64,000 bases of DNA, taken from the IMG/VR virus record IMGVR_UViG_3300037189_004920, positions 816 to 64,815 of that record; one strand, 5' to 3'. Made by a program: the position numbers and the translations under genes. Below, one piece after another: positions 35,550-46,386 of this stretch. Origin of the DNA: a virus. Its lineage: Duplodnaviria; Caudoviricetes. Each line of letters opens with the position of its first letter. Position 1 is the stretch's first letter. A model generated the notes under the pieces. The model saw nothing but the letters and a program-made list of their open reading frames with translations, ran no database searches and was not told the DNA's origin.

Positions 35550-36299
35550 ATGATTACCCTACAACGAGTTTATAACAGCTACGATCCCTTGACCAGTCAA
35601 CTCTTGGTTGATGTCACACAGGAGTTTGTGCCCGATAATGACCCACAGGCCACCCCCGAGGTCATAGCCTCATGGACCATAATGGTACACTTGCCCGTGG
35701 ACAGTTCGGGTCAGGTCACACAGGATGCCAGCTTGATTGAAAGTCTAGTACAAGAGCGCATACAACAGCGCCTGGCGCCATTTACACAACAGACCAGTCA
35801 AATACCCCTGGGCGGTGTGGTCAATCCTCAAGCTATCTATGCCTTGACTGCCACGGCCGAAGTAGACAGTTTGCCCTTGGGCAGTTTCTATGTCAAGTTG
35901 ACCGCAGACCCTGACAGTGAAACTGCACCTGCATCAGGCATGTTCACACGTTCAATCATGCAGTTGATCACTACAAGAACCAATTTGAGCCGTCCCTACA
36001 ACGTGGCCTATGATCAGTTTGAAACCTTGGACAATGGCAACATTGTAGCCAGTGGGGGCTTGACTCTTGTGGAATCAGCAGGTGTGGCCACTGTACAAGC
36101 AGGACCATTTGCTATCACTGCGGCCAATGACAACACTGACACCTTGCCCGTGGACTCATGGGTCTACTCCGTGGCTCCCGGCTATGTGGACAACCAGTTG
36201 CCTGATGCTTGGGCTCAAGGCTATGACTTTTACCAAGTCTACATAGAGCATGATGCCCTAGAGATTGTGGGCACTGCCACAGCCATTTTCAGCTACTAA
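35550..36299 (+). CDS. hypothetical protein
   Basis: 249 aa; TAAATA upstream and AGGA RBS. Confidence 0.65.
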   Translation: MITLQRVYNSYDPLTSQLLVDVTQEFVPDNDPQATPEVIASWTIMVHLPVDSSGQVTQDASLIESLVQERIQQRLAPFTQQTSQIPLGGVVNPQAIYALTATAEVDSLPLGSFYVKLTADPDSETAPASGMFTRSIMQLITTRTNLSRPYNVAYDQFETLDNGNIVASGGLTLVESAGVATVQAGPFAITAANDNTDTLPVDSWVYSVAPGYVDNQLPDAWAQGYDFYQVYIEHDALEIVGTATAIFSY

Positions 36300-36346
36300 G
36301 TCATTTTTATGTGAGCTAGCTCTGGTCAAGAGCTAATTACTTGACT

Positions 36347-36700
36347 ATGACTTTAGAACAAATTATCTGGGCACAAGTGGCCTTTGTAGTAGCAATTGGA
36401 GTAGTATACACTCACAGTAATTGGCGCAAGATCCGTGAGTGCTATGGCATGTGGTTCACACGTGAATACTGGACAGACTATAACGTAGTAGAGTTTGCAT
36501 CATGGGCCGCCAAGGCCTTGATCATTGTGCCTGGACTTATATTTGGCATTCAAATATGGTGGCTGTTCTTTTTAACCCTGTTTACCAGCTTGACATTAAT
36601 ATGGGCCAGTAACAAGAAGTTGTTGCCCACATTGGTTGGTTTCAATACCATATGGGTTTGGATCAGCTGTATGGTTCTAGCTCAACACCTAGTCAAGTAG
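36347..36700 (+). CDS. membrane protein
   Basis: Several hydrophobic helices. Confidence 0.65.
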   Translation: MTLEQIIWAQVAFVVAIGVVYTHSNWRKIRECYGMWFTREYWTDYNVVEFASWAAKALIIVPGLIFGIQIWWLFFLTLFTSLTLIWASNKKLLPTLVGFNTIWVWISCMVLAQHLVK

Positions 36701-37226
36701 GGTTATATTCACTTTCCATGAGCCAGTTGATGCCTATGCTCATGCGCCAATCCCCTAGGTCAGGAGCCAAGGCTTCATGTTCAATACCACTGTTAAACAC
36801 CACCAGTCTATGTGGTTGGAACGGGACTTGTTGTTCGTCTAGGGGTTCATAAAATTTCAAATCGCCCGAGTGGCCCAGTAAGAAGTAGACCCCAGTCCAG
36901 TATCTAGGATCATGGTCAAAGTCTGTGTGTACCCCTGGAGCCATACCCCCTGTCTGACCATTGACTATGACACGTTCAAAGCCCAAGAACTTGGCCTGGG
37001 GGTCCAGTTGCTGAATCAAGTCCGTGCGTATGTAATCGCATAGGGCTGTGACAAAGTATGGAGGCTCTTGATTGACCCCAGTCCTTCTATTAAACAAACA
37101 TCGGCCAAAGAATGCGGGGTTATGGTTGTGCGTGTGATGATTGTACTCCATGGGGAACCTATAGAACTGTTCCTCGCCCACTTGCTCTAGCCACTGGGGC
37201 AGTGGGTGGTCAATGGTTTTTATCAT
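36693..37226 (-). CDS. 2OG-Fe(II) oxygenase
   Basis: HTD...H..AP...RMS; start reassigned to ATG at 37226. Confidence 0.8.
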   Translation of the reverse strand: MIKTIDHPLPQWLEQVGEEQFYRFPMEYNHHTHNHNPAFFGRCLFNRRTGVNQEPPYFVTALCDYIRTDLIQQLDPQAKFLGFERVIVNGQTGGMAPGVHTDFDHDPRYWTGVYFLLGHSGDLKFYEPLDEQQVPFQPHRLVVFNSGIEHEALAPDLGDWRMSIGINWLMESEYNPT

Positions 37227-37287
37227 AAGTGTTGATCTCGGACAAATAAAATTATAACTATACTTAATTATCACAAAGAAATTGACA

Positions 37288-37875
37288 ATGCTTACACTCT
37301 GGTTCCCCACAGCAATACTTGATGCAGAATACCCACAGCATGAAAAGCTCAAACAGCATCTTGAACCACTCGTGCTAGCCCGTGTGGGTAAGAATCCCAC
37401 AACACAAGATTGGATAGGCAACGTGCCCAACAGTTTTAATCTTTGGAACCCCTTGAACACTGATGACGGCCCAGTGCAGGAGTTTGCCCATTGGGTTGAA
37501 GAACAAACTAACGAGCTGGCATTTAAAATGGGCAGTATGAATCAGTTTATGATTGGGGAGGCTTGGGCCAATGTGTATGGTCCAGGAGATTTTCAAGAAA
37601 GTCACTATCACCCAGGGTGGCATTTTAGTGCTGTTTACTTTTTAACAGCGCCTGAAGGTAGTGGCAGTCTAAAGTTTGAAAGTCCCCTACTACCAGACAT
37701 GTTGCCCTTGGACACTATGACACACAATGAACTCAGTAATCAATCAGCTTCATACACACCCCTTGAAGGTAGTCTAGTGGTATTTAGAAGTAGCCTGCGT
37801 CATGGAGTATACCCCAACCAATCCCAGTTGCCTAGAATATCGCTAGCCATGAATTTATGCAAGGTTAGACGCTAA
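37288..37875 (+). CDS. 2OG-Fe(II) oxygenase, TIGR02466-like
   Basis: WAN...HYHP..SAVYF...FRSSLRHGV...RISLAMN. Confidence 0.85.
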   Translation: MLTLWFPTAILDAEYPQHEKLKQHLEPLVLARVGKNPTTQDWIGNVPNSFNLWNPLNTDDGPVQEFAHWVEEQTNELAFKMGSMNQFMIGEAWANVYGPGDFQESHYHPGWHFSAVYFLTAPEGSGSLKFESPLLPDMLPLDTMTHNELSNQSASYTPLEGSLVVFRSSLRHGVYPNQSQLPRISLAMNLCKVRR

Positions 37876-37895
37876 ATATTGAAAAGGAGATCACG

Positions 37896-38090
37896 ATGAC
37901 CGAATATAGAATTATTGCTAAAGATGTCAAGAACGGCACCAGGATCGTTAGACAAAGTCTAATCAATGCAGGCATGTATGACAAACATATTGCACAAGAT
38001 GAAGCCAATGCTTTTGCCGAACAGCAGAGCAAAAAGACCAGAAGAGAGTGGGTAGGGGTCATCGAAGAAGTGCGTAAACGTTCTTGGTAA
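37896..38090 (+). CDS. small hypothetical protein
   Basis: TAAATA box, AGGAG RBS, downstream terminator. Confidence 0.65.
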   Translation: MTEYRIIAKDVKNGTRIVRQSLINAGMYDKHIAQDEANAFAEQQSKKTRREWVGVIEEVRKRSW

Positions 38091-38100
38091 TATAAAAAGA

Positions 38101-38123
38101 AAAGGCTCGTAAGGGCCTTTTTT
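38101..38123 (+). terminator. intrinsic terminator
   Basis: AAAGGCTC-GTAA-GGGCCTTT-TTT. Confidence 0.75.
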
Positions 38124-38139
38124 ATTGGGTAAATATGGG

Positions 38140-38295
38140 GTGAACATATATTACCTAAAACAACGTCAAGCACAATGCCAAGTGTGCCCTGAGAATAAAA
38201 TGGGACGTTGCCAACAATGCAAATGCATCATATCTGCCTTGATCATGTGGCCTTTCAGCAAGTGTCCCTTGGGCCGTTGGCACGGAGTCAAATAA
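38140..38295 (+). CDS. small Cys-rich protein (51 aa, not in ORF track)
   Basis: GTG start; R...CQVC...CQQCKC...CPLGRW; TAAATA 4 nt upstream. Confidence 0.6.
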   Translation: MNIYYLKQRQAQCQVCPENKMGRCQQCKCIISALIMWPFSKCPLGRWHGVK

Positions 38296-38351
38296 TATTT
38301 GGTAAATATACAATAATGAATGGCCAACTTGCTGGTTAGAGGAAACGATAA

Positions 38352-41300
38352 ATGTCTAAAAGTGTAAAAATTCGTAGGGGTAGTAGTCTAGATCATCAAC
38401 AGTTCACAGGCGCCGAGGGCGAAATAACGGTTGATATCACTTTAGATACTCTCAGAGTACATGATGGGGTCACTGTAGGTGGATACCCATTGCTCAACAC
38501 CATTAAAAACTCTCAAGTAACTGCTGAAGAGTTCATAGCAAATAAAATATTATACAAAAACAGTTATGCCAGTCTATCGGCATTCCCCAATGCAGTTACC
38601 TATCCAGGTATGTTGGCCTACGCACAACTGGAAGACAAAGCATATATTAGTAATGGAACCACATGGACATCTTTTACTCAGCCATCAGACCTTACCAATT
38701 TCGTAGTAGGCAGTATCAACACTGCCAACACTGTATTAGACTTTGGAGTTACAGCTCCTAAAGTTGGTACTAATCTAAGCTTCAAAACTCTTAGAGCTGG
38801 AACTAACATCAGCATGTCAGCTGATGCATCTAGTATTACCATAGTTGGTGCTAGTTATACTGGAGAGAACGTACAAGATAGTAGTGGTGGACAAACAGTC
38901 TATAAAACTACAAGTGGTACCAGTTTACAATTTAAAACACTACGTCCAGGCACTGGTATTACCATGTCAACTAGTGTTAGCGGTAATGAAATAAATTTAG
39001 ACACCCCACTCAAACAAGCATACAACACAGTGACAGTTGACACTACTGATATTCCAACCAATACAGTAAACAACACCATAACATTTACTTCAGGCTCAGG
39101 CATCACCCTAACACCAAACACTGTGAGTAAGAGTGTGAACGTGGCTGTGAATCTATCAGCCACCAATAACTCTAGTCAAACAGGCAGTAATGTATTAGGC
39201 AGTTACAGTGCAGGTACATTTGTTTTCAATAAAATTACTGGCGGAACTGGTATTACATTGACCACAGGACCAAATGGTGAAGTTAATATTGATAACGACT
39301 ATGCAGGTACAATTACTGGTGCAATACCAATGTTGCCACCGACACCAACATCTTTGGCAGTGTTCAATGATGTAACTGGCGCAGGAGTACTGCGTTTCTT
39401 TAACATAGCGGCTGGTGATGGAATATCGTTGAGCAATGATGGTAACTCAGTGGTCATAACCAGTACTGGCGCAGGCGGTGGCGGAGCAGGTGTTGGTATC
39501 ATTAACTCTGGTACACTAAATGCTTTGGCATTTTATCCAGGCCCTGGCACAGTAATAAGTCCTACAGCTAGCCCTGTCAAATATGATTCTGTTGATCAAT
39601 TATTGATCACTGATATTGATGGAACTGTAAGTGACATAAGCAACCATACAACTGATGCACTATCAGAAGGAACAACCAATGTCTATTGGACTCAAACTAG
39701 ATTCAATACAGCATTTGGTTTAAAGAATTCAGGAGACCTTGTAGAAGGCGGTTTGAATTTGTATTTTACCAATGAGCGAGCACAGGATGCTGTATCATTA
39801 ATGTTACTTAATGGTAATCCAACGCCATCCAGCATAACAGCAACAACTACGGCATCAAGTACCAGCCTTGCCACAGTGACTGTTGGAAGCACTAGTGGTA
39901 TTACAGCGGGAATGACCGTAACAGGTGCAGGCTTTGGTGCAGGAGTTACCGTTCAATCTGTAGTTAATGCTACAACATTTTTAGTAAGCCCAGCCATATT
40001 TGCGCCAACTGGTACCAGCATTACTTTAACTGGTGTGTCGTCACTAGTTATAAACACTACTGCAAATACAACCAGCAGTGCAACATTTGTTGTTGATAGC
40101 ACAGCAGGTATTACTACTGGATTGTCAGTTATTGGTACAGGTATACTTGGTTCAGTAACAGTGTCTTCAGTGACTAACTCTACATCCTTTATTGTAAGCC
40201 CAGGGTATAACGTCACAGTGGGCAGTGGTGTTGCACTAACAGTTAGAGCACTAGCCGCAACAGGCATAACAAGTGCATATAGTGACCCATCAAATACCTA
40301 TACATACAATTTAGATTATGCAGTAGTTGGTCAACAGATTAGAAACAGTTTGAGTGTTATTGCTGGACAAGGTCTAAGCTATGATCCCGTAAGTGGACGC
40401 TTTGGACTGAGTGGAGCAGTAACCAGTGTAAACGGACTATCAGGAGCGGTGCAGTTGACTGTTGGCGACATAACAGGTGCGGCACCACTTGCAAGTCCAA
40501 CATTTACAGGAACTGCTAGAGTATCAACTCCTACAGCAGGAAGTCCTACACTACAAATTGCCAACAAAGACTATGTGGATCAAGCTAGACTTGCAGTAAC
40601 AGGTAACCCACTAAGTGGATTGGCCACAATACAAGCTCTTGGTAACGCCATTAATGGTGACACATTGTTCTTCCAAACTGTTAACACTAGTCTTGCAGGC
40701 AAGTTAAACACAGCAGGCGGAACACTAAATGGTGTATTGAATTTAAACTACACAATCAATTCTGGTTCAGACCCACTAACTGCTGTTAACAAACAATATG
40801 TTGATGGCGTTGCTCTTGTACAAACAGTTAATAGCAAACAGGGTAACGTGGTATTGGTCACTGATGATATTGCTGAAAGAGTAAGTCCAACAGCTACTAG
40901 ATTATATTTTACTCAAGCTCGTGCAAGAGGTGCAATAAGTTTAACAAGTGCAGATTCAGATATCTTAAGTTACAACATAGGAACTGGTGCATTTACATTT
41001 AACATGCCAGACACTGATAAGATTGTTGAAGGAACTAATCAGTATTGGACCACAACACGCAGTCGTGGAGCAATGGGCATCAACGTAACTGGAAATACTT
41101 CTTTTGCCAGTTATAATGCAGGCACTGGAATTTACACATTTAATGCAACCACTGACAATTTGTCACAAGGTACAACTAACAAGTTCTACGATGATGCTCT
41201 AGTAAGACAAGCAATTACTTTGAGTACAAGTAATAGTCAAGTGGGCCTATTAACATATAATACCAGTACTGGTCAATTTACTGTTGCGGCTCAGACATCA

Positions 41301-42566
41301 AACATATCAGAAGGTGCCGCTGGTCCTTACTACTTTACAGGCACAAGAGTTAACTCTGCACTTGCGGTAAGCGTTACACAGTTAAACAACGTGGCGGCAT
41401 CACAAGTTTTAACATCAGCGTTTAACCCTGCTACATCCGTAACAACATTTACATTTAATGCTAACACAAACAGTATTACAGAAGGCACAAACAACTTGTA
41501 CTTCACAGATACTAGATCTAGAACAGCTATCACTTTAAGTAGTGATGATACAACTGTACTAGCATATAACACAGCTACTGGCGCATTTACCTTTAACAAG
41601 CCTAGCACAACAAAGATTGCTGAAGGTACAAACCTTTACTATACTGATGCTCGTGTAAGATTGGCGCTTGGTGTTAATGTAACTCAAACCACCGGGGTAT
41701 CAATAGCTAATGCTCTTACTTACAGCACATCAACTGGTGTGTTTACATTTAATGCTAACTTAGATAACTTTGCTGACGGTGCAACAAACAGATTTGCTAG
41801 CGTTGGTAGAGTTGCTGGAATTATAAGTTTAAACACAACTACTGCTGACGGCGCTGTTCCAGGAGCACTGCTTGCCTACAACAATTTAACAGGTGCATTT
41901 ACATTTAACAATAGTACTGATAGCTTGCGTGAAGGTTCAGTTAACAAGTGGGCCAGTGCCGCAACTGTTCGAGGACATGTAACTGCATCAGCAACAACAC
42001 CAACAGTAAACAATAGTCAGTTTGCTTTACGCTTTGGTGGAAGTGCTGGTATAGGTGGCACAAATGCTGTAAGTGCTGGTGATATTAATCTTGCTTTCTA
42101 TACTAGTCCAAGTATTGTTTGGACTCCGCAAGCTGATGGTAATACAACATTCCACTTGCGTACAGCACAAGAAATAACAACTACATCTACACCTTTGTTC
42201 AAATACATTACCAAGGCAACTAATCCAGCAGCCGCTGCCTCTGGAACTAGAATTGCAATTGGTGGTCTTGGAGATGTAACGTTTAACTGTTCAGTGGCTA
42301 GCTATCATGAAGTTAACAGAAATGCAAGTATTTCGTCACTGTCATTTACTAACGTTCCAGCAAGTGGACAATATTTTGAAGTGACTGTTGTATTCTATTG
42401 CAATTCAACTGGTTTAAATTTTACAAATAGCAATACCGCAGTTAAGTTTGCTGGTGGCGCACCTCCTACTATGTCTAATAGTATAGGATATAGAGACATA
42501 TTTAAATTTTATACTATTGACGGCGCAAACTTCTATGAGCTAAGTCGTAGTATTGCTGTGAGATAA
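38352..42566 (+). CDS. large tail fibre/virion structural protein
   Basis: IRRG...GEITVD...VHDG N-terminus, T/G/S-rich, about ten TDxxxEGxxNxYxT repeats. Confidence 0.8.
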   Translation: MSKSVKIRRGSSLDHQQFTGAEGEITVDITLDTLRVHDGVTVGGYPLLNTIKNSQVTAEEFIANKILYKNSYASLSAFPNAVTYPGMLAYAQLEDKAYISNGTTWTSFTQPSDLTNFVVGSINTANTVLDFGVTAPKVGTNLSFKTLRAGTNISMSADASSITIVGASYTGENVQDSSGGQTVYKTTSGTSLQFKTLRPGTGITMSTSVSGNEINLDTPLKQAYNTVTVDTTDIPTNTVNNTITFTSGSGITLTPNTVSKSVNVAVNLSATNNSSQTGSNVLGSYSAGTFVFNKITGGTGITLTTGPNGEVNIDNDYAGTITGAIPMLPPTPTSLAVFNDVTGAGVLRFFNIAAGDGISLSNDGNSVVITSTGAGGGGAGVGIINSGTLNALAFYPGPGTVISPTASPVKYDSVDQLLITDIDGTVSDISNHTTDALSEGTTNVYWTQTRFNTAFGLKNSGDLVEGGLNLYFTNERAQDAVSLMLLNGNPTPSSITATTTASSTSLATVTVGSTSGITAGMTVTGAGFGAGVTVQSVVNATTFLVSPAIFAPTGTSITLTGVSSLVINTTANTTSSATFVVDSTAGITTGLSVIGTGILGSVTVSSVTNSTSFIVSPGYNVTVGSGVALTVRALAATGITSAYSDPSNTYTYNLDYAVVGQQIRNSLSVIAGQGLSYDPVSGRFGLSGAVTSVNGLSGAVQLTVGDITGAAPLASPTFTGTARVSTPTAGSPTLQIANKDYVDQARLAVTGNPLSGLATIQALGNAINGDTLFFQTVNTSLAGKLNTAGGTLNGVLNLNYTINSGSDPLTAVNKQYVDGVALVQTVNSKQGNVVLVTDDIAERVSPTATRLYFTQARARGAISLTSADSDILSYNIGTGAFTFNMPDTDKIVEGTNQYWTTTRSRGAMGINVTGNTSFASYNAGTGIYTFNATTDNLSQGTTNKFYDDALVRQAITLSTSNSQVGLLTYNTSTGQFTVAAQTSNISEGAAGPYYFTGTRVNSALAVSVTQLNNVAASQVLTSAFNPATSVTTFTFNANTNSITEGTNNLYFTDTRSRTAITLSSDDTTVLAYNTATGAFTFNKPSTTKIAEGTNLYYTDARVRLALGVNVTQTTGVSIANALTYSTSTGVFTFNANLDNFADGATNRFASVGRVAGIISLNTTTADGAVPGALLAYNNLTGAFTFNNSTDSLREGSVNKWASAATVRGHVTASATTPTVNNSQFALRFGGSAGIGGTNAVSAGDINLAFYTSPSIVWTPQADGNTTFHLRTAQEITTTSTPLFKYITKATNPAAAASGTRIAIGGLGDVTFNCSVASYHEVNRNASISSLSFTNVPASGQYFEVTVVFYCNSTGLNFTNSNTAVKFAGGAPPTMSNSIGYRDIFKFYTIDGANFYELSRSIAVR

Positions 42567-42574
42567 TTAATATT

Positions 42575-42808
42575 ATGAGACTAAACGAATTTACCGATCA
42601 AGAGTTAGAAGAACGTTGGGTAGCGGCCCACACTTGTAAGAGCCCAAAACATTTGGGTAATAGCGATCAAAGCCAATGTGTGGCTCGTGGGTTACGTCCA
42701 AGACATGATCACAAAGTATTAAAAGGCAAACAAGTGTATGGTCGCAAGATCAAACATACCAAATACGGTGGCCCACTTGGCGGCGACCCAAACGGCAAGG
42801 GCAAGTAA
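42575..42808 (+). CDS. small basic protein, possible head-internal protein
   Basis: MRLNEF...LEE N-terminus, K/R/H-rich. Confidence 0.55.
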   Translation: MRLNEFTDQELEERWVAAHTCKSPKHLGNSDQSQCVARGLRPRHDHKVLKGKQVYGRKIKHTKYGGPLGGDPNGKGK

Positions 42809-42851
42809 TCAATTTTTATTGACTGATTGATTACATTTCTTAAATAGTTTC

Positions 42852-43097
42852 ATGCTATATAAAGAACTTGCTAACAAACATATCAAACTACCAAGTAAAG
42901 GACAAGTGGAAATTGACGCTGGAGATGGCGTTATTCTTGTCCCTTTGAACGACGGTAAAATATTCCTAAATTGGCTCAATGACAAAGGGCAGATTATAGC
43001 TACACATACTTTAAGATTCAGTACTCAAATTGAACGCCGTGTTCGAATTATTAATTCTGAATCTAAAGAAATAACGCTATTGCAAATTACTCTATGA
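42852..43097 (+). CDS. hypothetical protein
   Basis: TAAATA 5 nt before ATG. Confidence 0.6.
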   Translation: MLYKELANKHIKLPSKGQVEIDAGDGVILVPLNDGKIFLNWLNDKGQIIATHTLRFSTQIERRVRIINSESKEITLLQITL

Positions 43098-43609
43098 TAG
43101 AGTCTATATATCTAACGCAAGTAAAAGATTTAAATTTACTTGAAGACCTGTGTCAAGAATTACTATCAATACTTGATCAAGACTTATCTAGAACTCCTGT
43201 TGATCATCCTATTACATTTAACAATAGTGATATTTTTATAATGGATAGTACAATTATAAAAAAGTTTATCAAAGAAGTTGTTGAGCCTGAATTTGAAAAA
43301 TATGTAGATGTGCATTACAATAAAAAACTTAGTGAACTTAAACACTATTATAAGTCTTGGGTAGCAATGTATACCAATGGTAGACATCAGCCTATTCATA
43401 ATCATCCTAGCAGTACCATAAGTTCAGTGATATACCTATTGTCTAATAATGAAGGTGGTGAGATAGAATTTATAGAAGATACCGCAACATTATTACATGC
43501 CCCTGTTACAGGAGACTTTGTAATATTCCCTAGTAGACTTCATCATGAAGTAAAAAAGTACAACGGCAGACTGCGTTTGGCATTGCCTGTTGATTTATAT
43601 ATTATATGA
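43094..43609 (+). CDS. 2OG-Fe(II) oxygenase, TIGR02466-like
   Basis: SW...HNHP...SSVIYL...FPSRLHHEV...R. Confidence 0.8.
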   Translation: MIESIYLTQVKDLNLLEDLCQELLSILDQDLSRTPVDHPITFNNSDIFIMDSTIIKKFIKEVVEPEFEKYVDVHYNKKLSELKHYYKSWVAMYTNGRHQPIHNHPSSTISSVIYLLSNNEGGEIEFIEDTATLLHAPVTGDFVIFPSRLHHEVKKYNGRLRLALPVDLYII

Positions 43610-44235
43610 TTAACCTAGAAAACTATTTTGAAAAGGGATTTGATATTACACAGTTAACTCCTGACTTTGTGACCAAGTTGTGGCAAATAGTTTATACGAC
43701 AGAATGGATAAACGATGAGTCAGGGTATAAGGCCAAACCAGACTGGTATCAAACTAAAGATATTTCTAATGTTAATAACAGTCGCATTTACCAAGGCAAA
43801 ATAGAACGAGAGTACGGTAAAGAATTATTAAACAACAGTCCAACAGCTATAACAGACATTGCTCAAGATGTCATAAATTCCAATTTTTTTAGTCCGTTGA
43901 GAGTTTTTAAAACCAATACTGAACTAAAATACGTTCATCTTTGGAATGGTGCAGAGGACATATCTTGGCACAGTGATGCAATTGATGGTTCAGATATGTT
44001 AATACTCGTATATCTAACTGAAGAAATAAAATGGGATAATAACTGGGGTGGCTGTATTGAAATTGCCAAAGATATTAATAATGAAAAACGTTATCAAACA
44101 ATGGTACAACCATTAAGTGGTAATATGGTTGTGATAAACAATGCCAATCCACTAGTCAAACATCGAGTTCACGCACTCACTAATCAAACAGTTAACCGAT
44201 ACACATTCAACATGTGTTTCAATTGGTTAAGTTGA
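43606..44235 (+). CDS. 2OG-Fe(II) oxygenase (prolyl-hydroxylase-like)
   Basis: WHSD, VYL..W...WGG, HRV, RYT. Confidence 0.8.
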   Translation: MINLENYFEKGFDITQLTPDFVTKLWQIVYTTEWINDESGYKAKPDWYQTKDISNVNNSRIYQGKIEREYGKELLNNSPTAITDIAQDVINSNFFSPLRVFKTNTELKYVHLWNGAEDISWHSDAIDGSDMLILVYLTEEIKWDNNWGGCIEIAKDINNEKRYQTMVQPLSGNMVVINNANPLVKHRVHALTNQTVNRYTFNMCFNWLS

Positions 44236-44257
44236 TCATAATTTGATAAAACCAGTC

Positions 44258-44286
44258 TTGACAACTGTTCAAAAATCCACTATAAT
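44258..44286 (+). promoter_or_regulatory. sigma70 promoter of ligase operon
   Basis: TTGACA-N17-TATAAT. Confidence 0.8.
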
Positions 44287-44318
44287 AATACACATAGACA
44301 CTATTTAGGAAAAATCAA

Positions 44319-45635
44319 ATGCACAAAATTATTGCGGCTCTAGAAGCAGACAACAGTCGTCTTGCCAAAGAAGCAATTATCTCTGCGGAGATGGAAAAGG
44401 ATAATAAAGAATTTTTTGAAGGAGCACTACTTTGTCTAAGTCCCTTCATTACGTTTGGTGTTAAGAAAGTTCCCACACATGGCGGCCCAGATGGTCAAGG
44501 ATTGCCTTGGTCAGTCTTTAAAGACTTGGCAGACAAACTAGCCAAACGTGAACTTACAGGGCATGACGCTCGTGACGCAATTGAACTGTGTTTGAAAACT
44601 GCCAAACAAGACGAATGGAATGGCTGGTACAAACGCATTCTTACCAAAGACTTTAAAGCAGGCTTTGGCGAAAGCACAATCAATAACTGTGCAAAGAAAC
44701 TAAAAAACAAAGAGTTTGGCATTCCATTGTTTGAATGTCAGCTGGCACACGACAGCGCCAAACACGAAAAGAAAGTAACAGGCAAGAAGCTTATTGAAGT
44801 TAAGCTGGATGGTGTGCGTGTTATTACCATTGTTCATCCCAACGGCATTGTCAATATGTACAGCCGTAACGGCAAAGAGCTAGTTAACTTCCCTCACATT
44901 GCAGAACAGTTCGCCAAGTATGCTGGCAACTTAAAAGAAGCCACTGTGTTTGATGGTGAAGTAATGTCTAGTTCATTCCAAGACCTTATGAAGCAGGTGC
45001 ATCGTAAGAGCAACGTGCAGGCTAACGATGCTGTACTGCATTTGTTTGACTACTTGCCACTTAAAAACTTTCAAAAGGGCGGATGGGATATGCCACAAAC
45101 ATATCGCATTGCACAATTGAACAAATGGAAAGAGTCTACTGGAGAGTTTGCTCCTAACATCCAGTGTTTGGATTACGAAGAAGTAGACTTGGACACGATG
45201 GTTGGTCAAGTGCGTTATAAAGAAATTAACGCACAAGCCATTGCTGGTGGCTATGAAGGCATCATGCTCAAAGATCCAGAAGCTGGTTATGAGTGCAAAC
45301 GTAGTGTTGCATGGCTTAAACTTAAACCATTTATTGAAGTTAGTCTCACCGTTGTTGGTGTTGAAGAAGGTACTGCTGGCACCAAGAATGAAAACAATTT
45401 GGGTGCATTAATTTGTGAAGGTGAAGATGATGGAAAATTTATCCGTGTTAATGTGGGTGGCGGGTACAGTGATGATCTGCGTCGTGAGCTATGGGACAAT
45501 AAAGATACGCTTGTGGGACAGATTGTTGAAGTACGTGCAGATGCGGCAACTAAAGCACAAGATGGCGAAACTTGGAGCCTTCGATTCCCTAGATTCCTTC
45601 GTTTCCGCGGCTTCGAAGTTGGCGAGAAAATTTGA
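44319..45635 (+). CDS. ATP-dependent DNA ligase
   Basis: EVKLDGVR, FDGE, EGIMLK, WLKLKP, SLRFPRF. Confidence 0.93.
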   Translation: MHKIIAALEADNSRLAKEAIISAEMEKDNKEFFEGALLCLSPFITFGVKKVPTHGGPDGQGLPWSVFKDLADKLAKRELTGHDARDAIELCLKTAKQDEWNGWYKRILTKDFKAGFGESTINNCAKKLKNKEFGIPLFECQLAHDSAKHEKKVTGKKLIEVKLDGVRVITIVHPNGIVNMYSRNGKELVNFPHIAEQFAKYAGNLKEATVFDGEVMSSSFQDLMKQVHRKSNVQANDAVLHLFDYLPLKNFQKGGWDMPQTYRIAQLNKWKESTGEFAPNIQCLDYEEVDLDTMVGQVRYKEINAQAIAGGYEGIMLKDPEAGYECKRSVAWLKLKPFIEVSLTVVGVEEGTAGTKNENNLGALICEGEDDGKFIRVNVGGGYSDDLRRELWDNKDTLVGQIVEVRADAATKAQDGETWSLRFPRFLRFRGFEVGEKI

Positions 45636-45648
45636 GAGGGCTCCAATT

Positions 45649-45894
45649 ATGATGGATAAGACAGCAATCAAGGATACTCTATATGGAGGTATCCATGAAA
45701 TGATGAATAACAGTAAATACTTTTACTATAGTAGTGTAGGACACAACTATTGTCATTGGACAGATGAAGGAGTGAAGGCACTGACGGAATACCTCAAACT
45801 CATGACTCCTATAATGTTGACCAATGAAAGAGAGATGCTCGATAAACGAGCAAAGCAACTTGTTCTTGATGGACTGAAAGGAGATGTGAAGTAA
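45649..45894 (+). CDS. hypothetical protein
   Basis: ATG after GAGG, between ligase and IF-1. Confidence 0.6.
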   Translation: MMDKTAIKDTLYGGIHEMMNNSKYFYYSSVGHNYCHWTDEGVKALTEYLKLMTPIMLTNEREMLDKRAKQLVLDGLKGDVK

Positions 45895-45895
45895 A

Positions 45896-46111
45896 GTGAG
45901 TAAAGAAGACGTTATCGTCATGGAAGGAGAAGTCATTGAAGTTCTCCCCAACGCAACATTCAAAGTAGTACTTGATAATAAAGTGGCAATTAACGCATAC
46001 ACTTCAGGAAGAATGCGTCAAAATAAAATACAGGTTCTGTTAGGCGACAGAGTTCAAATTGAACTAAGCCCGTATGATCTCAGTAAAGGTCGTGTAAGTC
46101 GAAGACTTTAA
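45896..46111 (+). CDS. infA: translation initiation factor IF-1
   Basis: SKEDVIVMEGEVIEVLPNATFKV...SGRMR...GDRV.IELSPYDLSKGR. Confidence 0.93.
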   Translation: MSKEDVIVMEGEVIEVLPNATFKVVLDNKVAINAYTSGRMRQNKIQVLLGDRVQIELSPYDLSKGRVSRRL

Positions 46112-46386
46112 TCCCAAGAAAGTTTAACATCAGGAGTGTTGGCTGAAAGCCATTCACCCATATCCCTGCATGTCTTGTGAAACTCATCACGTTTAATACT
46201 CACAGCGGCAGGATTGGGCCTACCACCATCTCTAGGATCTAATAGCAAGTCCAACTGCTCAGCAGAAATCAACATGGTGTTGTATATTTTCCTACCACTA
46301 GATTGAGCAAACTCATCAACACTGTCTAGAGCCTGCTCAATCTGTAGCTTGTGCTGTAAAAACTTAGGGTTTTTACTTAATTTCAT
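46108..46386 (-). CDS. hypothetical protein
   Basis: Coupled to HNH stop. Confidence 0.55.
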   Translation of the reverse strand: MKLSKNPKFLQHKLQIEQALDSVDEFAQSSGRKIYNTMLISAEQLDLLLDPRDGGRPNPAAVSIKRDEFHKTCRDMGEWLSANTPDVKLSWD

